From Takakia lepidozioides (Eukaryota > Plantae > Bryophyta): DNA of 64,000 bases. The notes under the pieces were generated by a model. That model saw nothing but the letters and a program-made list of their open reading frames with translations, was not told where the DNA came from and ran no database searches. Below are positions 27,660 through 38,354 of the stretch, one piece after another. Location: the NCBI GenBank assembly GCA_030704615.1, contig CM060732.1, positions 14,508,001 to 14,572,000 of the forward strand, written 5' to 3'. Made by a program: the position numbers and the translations under genes. Numbering within the stretch: the first letter of the stretch is position 1; the number at the start of each line of letters is the position of its first letter.

Positions 27660-28780
27660 GATGTCGGCTGAAGGGGAGAAGCCGGCACCGTGCCGTCACA
27701 TTACTACCTCCGAATGGAAATTCGGCACCGAATATCCAACCGGGCCGCACGATGAAGTCGCCTGGGCAGAGAGGCCGGCTGTCCGACAGAGAACATCCCC
27801 GGATGGAAATTCAGCGCCGAATTTCCATCCGGATCCCCCCAAAGGAAGTCGTGTCGGGGGGTCAGGCCGAAAACTGGCCGACATAAAAACCTCCCCGGAT
27901 GGAAAAACGGCGCCGAATTTCCATCGGGGCCGTTCGGAGGCAGTCGGGGAGGGGGGAGGCCGGCACCTGGCCGTCACATTTCAAACCCCGGGGAAATTCG
28001 GCACCGAATATCCAACAGGGGCCCGGATGAAGTCGCCTCGGGCGGAGAGGCCGGCACGTGTCGACAGAGAGCATCCCCAGGATGGAGATTCGGCGCCGAA
28101 TTTCCATCCGGGCCCCCCAAAGGAAGTCGTGTCGGGGGGTCAGGCCGAAAACTGGTCGACATAAAAACCTCCCCGGATGGAAAACGGCGCCGAATTTCCA
28201 TCCGGGGCCGTTCGGATGCAGTCGGGGAGGGGGGAGAGGCCGGCACCTGGCCGTCACATTTCAACCCCGGACGGAAATTCGGCACCGAATATCCAACAGG
28301 GGACGCCCGGATGAAGTCGCCTCGGGCGGAGAGGCCGGGTGTCCGACAGAGAGCATCCCTGGATGGAAATTCGGCGCCGAATTTCCATCCGGCCCCCCCA
28401 AAGGAAGTCGTGTCGGGGGTCAGGCCGAAAACTGGTCGACATAAAAACCTCCCGGATGGAAAAACGGCGCCGAATTTCCATCCGGGGCCGTTCGGATGCA
28501 GTCGGGGAGGGGGGAGAGGCCGGCACCTGCCGTCACATTTCAACCCCGGACGGAAATTCGGCACCGAATATCCAACAGGGGACGCCCGGATGAAGTCGCC
28601 TCGGGCGGAGAGGCCGGCACCTGTCCGACAGAGAGCATCCCCGGATGGAATTCGGCGCCGAATTTCCATCCGGCCCCATCAAAGGAAGTCCGGTCGGGTG
28701 GTGAGGCCGAAAACTGGACGATATAAAAACCTCCCAGGATGGAAAAACGGCGCCGAATTTCCGTCCGGGCCGTTCGATTT
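27660..28780. repeat. Four ~279-bp tandem units carrying the 30-bp palindrome GGATGGAAATTCGGCGCCGAATTTCCATCC and variants
   Basis: gccgtcacatt at 27692, 27970, 28250 and 28529; perfect palindrome at 28361-28390. Confidence 0.95.
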
Positions 28781-28914
28781 CCCTCTAGCAGTCGAGGAGT
28801 CCATGAAAAACGTGTCTAAAAGTGGACTTCAGCCACAAAACTAACAATTTACTGTGTTTTTCTCCGAAAAACCAAGCGGCCACGCTCAAAATTACCTTAA
28901 GCCGTCGGGCCTTG

Positions 28915-29560
28915 CATGACGGAAATTCAGATTACCTGCAGGATGGAAATTCGGCGCCGAATTTCACCCGCATAGCGGATGGAAAAATCCATCCGGCTCC
29001 GAATTACCAGCATGACGAAAATTTGCGCGCCGCCCTACCTGGCGGATGGAAATCGGCGCCGGATTTCCATCCATCCGGAATTACCTGCGTGACGGAAATT
29101 TCGCGCGCCGCCCTACCTGGGATGGAAATCCGGCGCCGATTTTCCAGCGAATTACCAGCATGACGAAAATTTGGCGCGCCGCCCTACCTGGCGGATGGAA
29201 ATCCGGCGCGGATTTCCATCCATGAATTAACGGAAATTTCGCGCGCCGCCTACCTAAATCCATCCGGCTCCGGCCATCCATGGACGGCGTACCCAGGGGA
29301 AATAGCGGATGGCGCCGGATTTCCATCCATTGGAATTACCTGCCGGAAAACCTTGAAATTTAGCCCTACCTGGAAATCCGGCGCCGGCTACCTGCCGGAA
29401 ACCTAATGGAAATGATTTCCATCCATATTACCTGCGTGAGGAAAACCTGCCGGCGCCGGATTTCCATTTATCCGCGCTCCGCTGCAGGATGGAAATCCGG
29501 CGCCGGATTCCATCCTGCCGCGCTCCGAATTACCTCTACGTTGGAAATTCGGGCCGAGTT
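28915..29560. repeat. Degenerate array of GGATGGAAAT(C/T)CGGCGCC and cgcgccgccctacctgg motifs
   Basis: About ten degenerate copies in the intergenic region between the two divergent genes. Confidence 0.8.
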
Positions 29561-30771
29561 GCGTCATATTTCATCCGACAGGGAGGGCTTCATCCGACAT
29601 TTAATTGCGTAGTTGGGCATTAAATGTCCACCGCCGTCCCCGTTTTGATTCGGGCTGGCGATACAGGGATTCCGCGGTTGCTTCCTCGACGTACCCTAAA
29701 TCTGATGCTAAACTTGGATTAACTTCTATTCGAGGCATGTACCCAAAAAATTGAGATCTTTTTTCTTTTTGGCTGGGACTTATGCCGCCTGAAGGCGTGG
29801 CTCTCTGAGAGAGACCCCACATCCAGACCGCGGCGGAAGTTGAGAGCTTTGTACTTGGACGACGGCCAATCTCTCGCATGGCCAAACTTAAGCTCCAGCA
29901 GGAGATTCCAGTGTCTTGCTCACAACCCGCGCCAACTGAAGCCCGAGTACTCTCAGGCAAGCCACTTCTGCTTTCGCTTTGTTCGCTTTGCTTTGCTTTT
30001 GCTTTTCGCTTTCGTTTTGTTGTTTCGCTTTTTTCGCATCTCATCACCTGGCATCGCTGGAAGCGTATGGTTGCATCGCAAAAGCAGAGCTGTTGCGAAG
30101 AATGATCAAGGTGAGTGGTTAAAAATTAAGGAAATCCATGCTGAGCTGAGAAAAATGTCTGAGCAGATGAAGTGCCTTCAAAACATTTCACCCTGTTTTC
30201 CGTCTTATGGAATTCCTGATCATTTGTTCATCGTGTTTCATATTACCGGTTGAGTGAACCTTACATAGTTGCAATGCGTGTGCAAAGCCCAGCAGCTCTG
30301 GAGAAGGCTGCTTGTGCAGTCATTCTTAGGCATTGGTTGGATTTGTTTTCATTGTTGTTTCCATGGCACTCCATACTTCCTAAACTTGTTTTTTTTCATT
30401 GTTGTTCCACGATTGTTGCTATGGTGGTTGCGCTGCTCGTTGCGATGCTGGTTTTGGCACCGATGTTGGTTCTCACGATTTTGGGAATGACAGAGTGACG
30501 ACGAGCCCGGCACGCTGGTGGTATCATCGACAGCTCCAACTCATCGATGTTTGAATCGCCCAACTTGGGGCGAGAGGGCAAACTTAAACCTTTTGTTGGT
30601 GGACGGGAGGACCTGCAGCAAGAGTACGACAAATAGGCATTGGGGAGGTTGGTGCAGGCGGCATGGCAGGTGAAGGGCGTGAGGACGTTGGACAGCAGAT
30701 CCGGCAATGGAGGTTGTTGATGCACATGCAGTAGGGCCGCCCACGCAAAGAAGAAGAAGAAAGCTAAGCAC

Positions 30772-33700
30772 ATGCAATCCCCGGAGAGAGCCGTCACGGG
30801 CTGCGGAGGGGGAGTGAGCAGTGCGCGCGAGGGTGTCAGTTCGCCTCAATCAAAGGTGGTCGTCCTGGAGGGCTCCCCTGCTGCTAGCCCTAGTAAGAAA
30901 CAGAAAGCCCGTGAGAGGGCAAAAGAGAGGGCAAAAGAACAGGCGAGACAGAATGCTAGCCAGGAGGAAAAGAGGACAGAGGCCATGAATGACAGATGCC
31001 AATGTAAGCGAGGACGCACAGAGACGGTGGATCCCTCCAAGACACCACAAAGAGGCAGTAACACACGGTAGACCATCGCGGGCAAGAGCAGCCCCTGCAA
31101 TTACCCATACGGTGGAGAGTGGAGGAGAGGAAAGAACACCAGAAAGAGCACGGATTGTGCCAGTTCGAGGTGAAGCCGGGGAGAGGGCAGTACAGAGGGG
31201 AGAGTGCTCGAGGTGGTTTCCCGGTCTCTGACCATGTTGAGGAGGACGACAGGGAGCTTTCTGGATGACATCCTCCCGGACATCCCCAGGCCCCAAACCC
31301 GCAGCATACAGGCTGGATTTGGCGGTCCTGGGTGAGGCTCCCCTCTGCAGCAGACGTCATGTCGGAGGCGGATATGAAGTTGGCCGCTGCCAAGATGTTG
31401 GAGGCAACCCACAGCAACATTGGCAGGGTGCTGGGGGCATGGTGTACCCGGCCAAGCTTCGAATTCCCCTTTGCGCTTGGTGTCATTGCAGGTGGTGAGA
31501 CCTGCCCTCCCAGGCGATATCGACAAGCTGAAATTCTCTTTCCGGGATGGATATCGAATGGGTCTGCCGCGTTTTACGTTTCCATTGAGAACGACCACGG
31601 AGCTTCCCGTGCCCACACTTCCGATGAGGTGGACAAATGGGTCCCCATTGGCAAAGGCGAAATGAGGAGTTCGAGAGATGATTGCTACTGATCCTCTTTT
31701 CCAGCACTTGTCCGGTAAGATGTTTTACGTGTGGGACGGCAATCATCGCCTCCTGGCATGGATGGAGCACATAGCCAAGCCCACCCAACGACCTCGATTG
31801 GCATTTTCGCCGGATGTGTGTGTGCTGAAGGTTGCGGGGCCCAAGATCGCAGTCTTCTCAAAATTGCAATGGCGGACATCAACTCGTAAGTTACAACGCC
31901 TCTTGCTTTTGGACCCATCCGATTGTAAGTCATTTCATTGCGAATCCTCATATTTGTTGAAAATTCCCATTTCAGTATTGTTTGATGGAAATGTGGCATT
32001 GCAGGGACTGAGAATGCCTTCATTGCCACCAACTTGTCCCATATGCTCTTCCGAGTGAAGGATGTCGGGAAGCAGGGGGTGCAAGAGTTTGCCAATTCGC
32101 TCAGTGCCGACCTCCTGCGCAAGTCGGAGGCAAAGGCAGACAGAACCTGGTATAGCTGAGCATGGACGCCATGGGTGGACTACATATTTTTGGGTAAAGC
32201 TCCTCACTGTTTTGTTGAGTAATTGTCTCTCCTTCCCCCAATAGAAGAAAAAGTGTTGAGCAGGATCTCTAATCTTATGTGCGCATTCTTGACAGACGAA
32301 AATTCAGCAGATTTGGCACATGCGCGAGGTTCTACATGGAGTCAGAGGAGAAGAATCTAACCCTCCGGCACTCGAATCGTTCTCTCAAAGCTGCGGAGGC
32401 CAGGGCCCGCATAAAGTACAAGTCGCGGATGGTAAAGTACGTGGCCATAGCTGATCCGCCCTTGGTGCCGACTTTCCTGGTGGAGTGGGGAAAAAAACTA
32501 CTCCCGCGCTCTGAAGCCCACGATGACATTGGAGAAGCTCCATCGTCTAGCCACATCCTGTGTGGATGCAACAGAAAAGGTGATACATTCTTAACCAAAT
32601 TGTGGTGGCAAACAACTCGTTTTTGTGGTGTTTGGCGCTTACGAATATGCTGGGTGGTGGACAGACCCGTGGCTCCAAATCTGTGGAATGGTTCCCAAAG
32701 TACAAGGGACATGTGGAGCTTCCCCAAACGGACAAATTGTCTGACCCCACATTCGAACATGTGGATGAACCGCATGACATGGTGGTTTCAGGAATTCCCA
32801 ACGCCTCGTTTGGCGCTTCTACTGTGTAGGGGGTGGATTCATTGTATTTTTGGAGGAAAGCGATCTGATGGAGAATCTCCACAGGGTGACGACGAATGGC
32901 GCAAGAGCAGCTGGACACACAAGCACATCAGTTCAAGATGGAGATTTTCCTGCAGCAGAGCCTAAGCGACTTGTGACGAGGTACTTTTGCTCTACAAAAC
33001 CGACCTATTCTTTCGGGAGGAGATACCCATGCCTGCCGGAGCCACGAGTTCACCGACCAGCCGAACGCGGACAAAGCAGCAATGCGCCTTCTGTTACAGG
33101 TACATACGCGATTGCCTTCCTTTCAGTCCTTGCATTTTAGGATGTTAGAGGCCTCATGTGGCGCATGAAAATTGGTTTGGGAAAATGGCGCCGAATTTCC
33201 AGTTCAGGGCTCCGAAAATGGCTAAGTCCCTAGGGTGGCTGGCCTGAACTGGAAAATTCGGCGCCATTTTTCCAGTTCTGGGCCCTATGCCCTTGTGGGA
33301 CTTAGCCATATTCGGGCGGACCAGGGAAATGGCGCCGAATTTCCAGTTCAGGGCTCCGAAAATGGCTAAGTCCCTAGGGTGGCTGGCACAAAAACCGAAA
33401 TTCGGCACCATTTTTCGAGTTTTAGGCCCTGGGCAGTTTTGGAACTTAGCCATTTTCGGGCAAACCGGGAAAAATGGCGCCGAATTTCAGTTCCGGGCTC
33501 CAAGATGGCTAAGTCCCTAGGGTGGCAGTCACCGAAAACCGAAATTCGGCGCCATTTTTCATTTATAGGCCCAGTCAGATCCACCCCAACTGGGAAATGG
33601 TGCCGAATTTGCAGTTCAGGGAACTCATTGTGTTTTTCATGAATGCAGGTACTGCAAGTTCTCCCTTTGGAGAAAGGTCATCTGTCTTTCGAGCCACCAT

Positions 33701-35420
33701 TCTTCCTGGCATTGAGGAACCCTGGGGCTGACTCCATGTACACTGACGATATTGTGAAGGAGTGGCATCTGGAACATTTGCGTGATTGCCCTTGGTATGT
33801 GGACCTTCCGCCCGGCTCGCTCGACCCATCGCGTTTCAATTGAAGCTGGATGCTGAGGCCCGACGAAACCGGGCTCCGCTGCCTCCACTGGGTGCAAAAG
33901 AGGCAAAAGCGCTTGCGAGCTCCAGGAAAGCGGCAGAGCTTGCTCAGGCAGGAATTAAGGAGAAATTGAATGAAAAGAATAAAGGCCAAAGGAAAGGGAC
34001 AAAGAAACATGTAAGTACAGTAACACCCAAAAAACAGAAAACCATCGGGGCATCGGAGGAGGCGCAGGAGGGGACCCAAGGGAGTGATTCCGACGACGAC
34101 TTTGTTCAAGGTCCTGCGACTGCTGTTGCTGCTACCAAGTCACCGGTCGTCCGGGTTCCCAAGTCAGTTCGGAGTGGACTGGCTTTGCCAAGAAGTTGGC
34201 ATTTGAGGGCGAGCCTACATGGCGGTATTCGGCGGTGACGTTTACGCACAGGCCAAAGCTAGAACCTCCAACCATCATCCAATGCGTCAATGAGAGCTTC
34301 CTTGACGCTCTCGCTGCCAGGGCGAAGAAGGTGGCACACAGCAAGTCTCTGGCGGAGCAGAAGGGGAAAGCCAAGAAGAGGGCTGCCGGTACAGAGCCTA
34401 AAGACACCCCTGGTTTTGAAGCCATGATGGGAATTCTTCACGGCTGTGAGCACGGATTGCAAGAGCACTCGGGGGCGGGGGGTTGAGGTGGAGAGAGCTT
34501 GCGATGCGAATGATTCTCCTCGACATTCCAGATGGGGAGCTGCTGGAGGGCCTGGATGGTGTGCCCACCTAGAACAGGTTTACTGAGGACTACTGGAAAG
34601 CCGGGTTTGGGCTGGCGGGGATGCTCCTGGATGACGGTGATGTGTGGTTGTCCTTGCACAAGAGGGAAGACCACAGAGAATGCGGTGGCAAGATGGATGG
34701 ACACCAAAAAGTGTCACCCCGGTCCTCCTCAGAAAAATGGTTATGCATCAATACACAGGGGTTGCGAACAGAGGGCCAAAGTGTAAGTTATCAATCTATT
34801 GCATTCACCTCATATGGGTGTTTGTATCTAAACTAGATCCCGGAGTTGATCCCTCTTTTGTTGGATGTGCAGACATTGGTGTTTGAGGCATATTTCTTTG
34901 TGAAGAGAGGGTCTACGTTCAAATTCCGCAACGACGGTCGTCTTGTTGATGCCGTTGTGGACCCTATTACCTACGATGTCCTCTACAACTATGTGCCCCA
35001 CTCCAGTATGCCGAAGGACACAAAGACAGGCAAACCGTGGCGGTACAGCCAGACCCGGAGCCCTGCTTTCATCCAAACCCTCATGGAGACGTGCTCGGAT
35101 GTCCAAGGGCGGATTCTGGACCTCACATGCGGCACGGGTAAGCCTTCACGTGCTCAGTTTGCCCCTGGCCCGATTGCAATTGCATGCCGCAAGCTATTAA
35201 CCGCCCGCTTTGTTCCTCAGGTGCTTCAATGTGGGCAAAGACGTTGTCCGACAGGCATGTGTTCGCCTTCGAGCCAGATACTGCCCTCCACAACTCGGAA
35301 CTTGCAGCGGCTGACTGAACGGCTGCCAAAAGAGGAAGAGGCATCCTCGGAGGATGAGGAAAATCCGAGAAGGAGCAGGGGGAGGAACAAGTTGGGATCG
35401 AGGCCGAGGAGCCCCCGGTG
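30772..35420 (+). pseudogene. Multi-exon gene: ParB/Srx-like domain, unknown middle region, beta-class N6A/N4C DNA methyltransferase-like domain (frameshifted; start uncertain)
   Basis: VRPALPGDIDKLKFSFRDGYRMG/SAAFYVS...KMFYVWDGNHRLLAW (31490-31775); MILLDIPDG (34522-34536); GKPWRYSQTRSPAFIQTLMETCSDVQGRILDLTCGTG|ASMWAKTLSDRHVFAFEPD (intron 35138-35220). Confidence 0.8.
33180..33612. repeat. Intronic array of AAAATGGCGCCGAATTT motifs
   Basis: About seven copies plus ctaagtccctagggtggc x3, inside the intron ~33100-33648. Confidence 0.9.
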
Positions 35421-35491
35421 TACGAGTGAGTGGTCGCATTGTAAGTTGCCTCCAGATTTCGTGAGGCACCTCCATTCGCTCTCTTATTTCA

Positions 35492-35983
35492 TTGAAAACC
35501 CTTTCTACTTCTGCTGGTATTGACATTCTTGAAGTGGATTGTTCTTACTGTAGGATGCCAAGCGGCAGGAGGAACGTGCCTTTTTTTGTCAGGGGGGATT
35601 TCATGCCTAGTCCAGAAAGGGACTACGTCCTTCCTACTTATGCTGCCCGGCTTGCTTCGGTGTCCATTAGGAGGTGTTCCGAACCTAGTCGTGTACAGCA
35701 GATTTTAGACGAGGCAAGCCTCAAGAAAATGAAGATGAGGGGAGGAAAGCAGCAGCTATTAGAGCCCGTCGGGCTCGTAGATTTGTGTTGGATTCTGCTG
35801 AGGAAAAAGGGGGGAGAAGAGGCAGAAGATTCCCAGGAGGTGAGGTGGACAGTCCCCCAAGGAGATGACGGCATTTTTGAGAGGCATACTGCAACCGATG
35901 CATCACAGAGCTCGGAGGATGGGGAGGATGAGGGGGATGAGGAAGAAGGAGGGCCAAGTTCCTTGGAAGGTGTAGGAGAGTAG
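35492..35983 (+). other. Small conserved ORF or exon downstream of the MTase-like domain, acidic tail
   Basis: MPSPERDYVLPTYAARLASV matches LPSPPRAYRLPVYAEACARV in subfamily B (46370-46714, minus strand). Confidence 0.5.
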
Positions 35984-36354
35984 TTCCCATTCCTGCTATG
36001 ACAGTTAGGACACACTTGTATAGACGTGGCTTGCCACAAAATTTGCAATAAAATGTTGCATTTCATTGCTACGACGAGTCCACATGACCCTATTTTCGTG
36101 CCTCCTAACCCTATTTCCGTGGACAGACAATGGCCCGCTCATGCTTTTTTTTTTCCCGCTCATGCTCATGCCGCTCATGAAATAGCAGCCCCCGTCCCAG
36201 TCTTGTAAGGGTGACATTTTGTGTGACTGTTGCGGCATTTCTGCGCATTGAGTATTGTTGTTATCATACATATCAATAAAGAGGGGTAGAGATCTCTTGA
36301 TAGTTGGGTGTGTAAAAAAATGTTGCAGAGTGTAGGGAACCGGGTATTTTTACA

Positions 36355-36595
36355 ATTAAGCGACCGCAATATGGCGGTCGCTTGTTTTTTTTAATATATA
36401 TTTTTAAAATTAAGCGACCGCCAATATGGCGGTCACTTGTTTCCTTTTTTAAATTAGGCAACTGCCAATGCGACCGCCAATCTTGCTTTTTGAAAAAAAA
36501 ATAAAATCAAAGCTACCGCCAATATGGTGGTCGCTCTTACTTTTTTAATTTTGAAAAATGAAGCGACCGCCAGAATTGGCGGTCGCTTTCATTTT
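36355..36595. repeat. Array of AAGCGACCGCCAATATGGCGGTCGCTT hairpin palindromes
   Basis: Four full copies and one half copy separated by A/T tracts. Confidence 0.85.
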
Positions 36596-36639
36596 ATAAA
36601 TTTTCAAAATGTATTTACCACCGTCACCGTGTCGGCGAC

Positions 36640-37210
36640 GTGGTTGCTTTTGCATTTCCTTCAGACATGGAGCAAGTTTTCTTCTCCAATGACAAAAACA
36701 GAGGGGAAAATTGGAAGGTGGTTGTGCATGCTCAGCCAAGAGGAAGACGTATCTATCATGGTCTCGGATCTCCACGGGGTGAGGGAATTACAGTGGAGGG
36801 ACGGACTGGTCATAATGATGCTGATGATGGAGGTTGGGGAGAGGGGGTAGAAGATAGAGATGATGACGCCCCGGAGAATGCATCCCGGACCCTATGATGA
36901 AGCTCCAGAAGATACGGATGTTGGACAAGGAGATGAAGACACGGCATTGACAACGAGGTGGAGGATGATTCAGAGGTGCCTTTTGAAGGCCGGGCCATTT
37001 ATGACGATGACTCCGATGACCAAGAAGACTTGCAGCTTGATGAGGATGAAGAAGCTCCGGATGATGATGTTCAAGTTGATTAGACACGTAATCAAAGCTA
37101 CATAATAATTCTCGCACCGAACTGTACCCATCCCTTTGATTGATTGTACATGTACATGCATATTGTAGCTTATTTCTATGATTCATCAATAGTCTTGCAA
37201 TCATCTCTTC

Positions 37211-37243
<33 letters not shown>

Positions 37244-37828
37244 TCTCTCGATGATGCAAACAAAACTATTAACAACCAAGAGAGAGAGGGAGAGAGGGAG
37301 AGAGAGAGAGGGGGCAAAGAAAGAAAAAACAGAGAGGGTGGGCCCCCCCCCTAGAGTCTCATCCCCCGTCCCCACCCCCTCTCCCTGCCCCTTAACTCAA
37401 AGAAAAGAAAAGGCCGCCCCCTTGCCACCCCCTGCCGTGGCAAGCCAAAAAAAATCCGTCGCAATACCCCCTTGCCACGTCCGGCCGTTGCAGAGGCCTT
37501 TTCCCCCTTCAAGCCACCTTGCCACGCCCAAGCGTGGCAAGTGGGGCCGCCCCCCTTTGCGACGGCCAGGCATGGCAAGAAAGGGCACCTCTTGCCCTTG
37601 AGGCCACCTTGCCACGTACTGGCGTCGCAGGATGATCCCGGCGCTGGGGGGCAACACCTGGGCGATGGGTTGCCACGCGACGGCGTCACAAGCAGCGCCG
37701 GGGCGCCGTCGTGCCACGCCCCGGCGTCACAAATCGGCGCCGTGACGCCGGTGTCGCACGCTCAGCGCCGCGCGGGGCGGGGGGCGCGGCTGCCATCACT
37801 AACCCCCCCCCCCCTTTTTACAGTAGTG
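36640..37828 (+). mobile_element. 3' end of a CACTA (En/Spm) element with transposase C-terminal (DUF4216-like) remnant
   Basis: FAFPSDMEQVFFSND...WKVVVHAQPRGRR followed by an acidic tail; cttgccacg subterminal repeats 37420-37790; terminus ...ccttttta cagTAGTG at 37828. No matching 5' end found. Confidence 0.75.
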
Positions 37829-37829
37829 A

Positions 37830-38314
37830 TTATGCAGAGTAGCTATGGTGAGGGGATCACTTCTTGGCGCATGGGCAGCTTGGAGTACACTGAGGCGAGT
37901 ATGCGGAGGAGGAGAGAGACGACGGAGAGAGCTGGATACATGCAAGTGGTAGAGATGTTACTGTAGGATAGATTAGAGACACCATGGCTTCGGCCTGTCA
38001 TATGATAGTTATTAATACGATTCCTACTTCATACTCACACTGTGTAGTGAGACCTGAGTGAAGCTGTGGAATGTATGCTTAAGTTGTAAAGATGGAACTA
38101 GGTAGATTGCAGAAGCAATCTGATACACAACCCTAGACAATAAGGTAACTTACTAGAGAGAGAGAGAGAGAAGACTCCGGCCGAAGCCAGCGTAACTAAG
38201 AGCCACTTCGCCTTGCAGCTACTGCCCCCTTTCGGGGGTGGGCCCTATGAACTATGGGGTGCTCGGAGAGCACCGGGAACCTGAGAAATGGGAGAGAGAG
38301 AGAGAGGGTCCAAG

Positions 38315-38354
<40 letters not shown>

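Larger units (their letters stand above)
23144..36193. mobile_element. Full-length 13,050-bp MULE (copy A2) with divergent transposase and ParB-like/DNA-MTase-like genes
   Basis: Left TIR GAGGTTAGCTATTTCATGAGC (23144-23164); right TIR reverse complement GGGGGCTGCTATTTCATGAGC (36173-36193), 17/21 identical, each followed by CATGAGC repeats; 9-bp TSD GTCCCAATC (23135-23143) / GTCCCAGTC (36194-36202). Confidence 0.9.

Noticed and set aside
27660-28780. CRISPR-like array of palindromic repeats
   Set aside because: Intervening sequences repeat with a 279-bp period instead of being unique spacers; no cas genes; eukaryotic context. The same applies to the arrays at 33.2, 36.4, 48.6 and 55.0 kb.
30772-35420. 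Bacterial or phage contamination as source of the ParB/MTase gene
   Set aside because: Spliceosomal introns at conserved positions, enclosure by TIRs and TSD, and three diverged copies among plant transposons.
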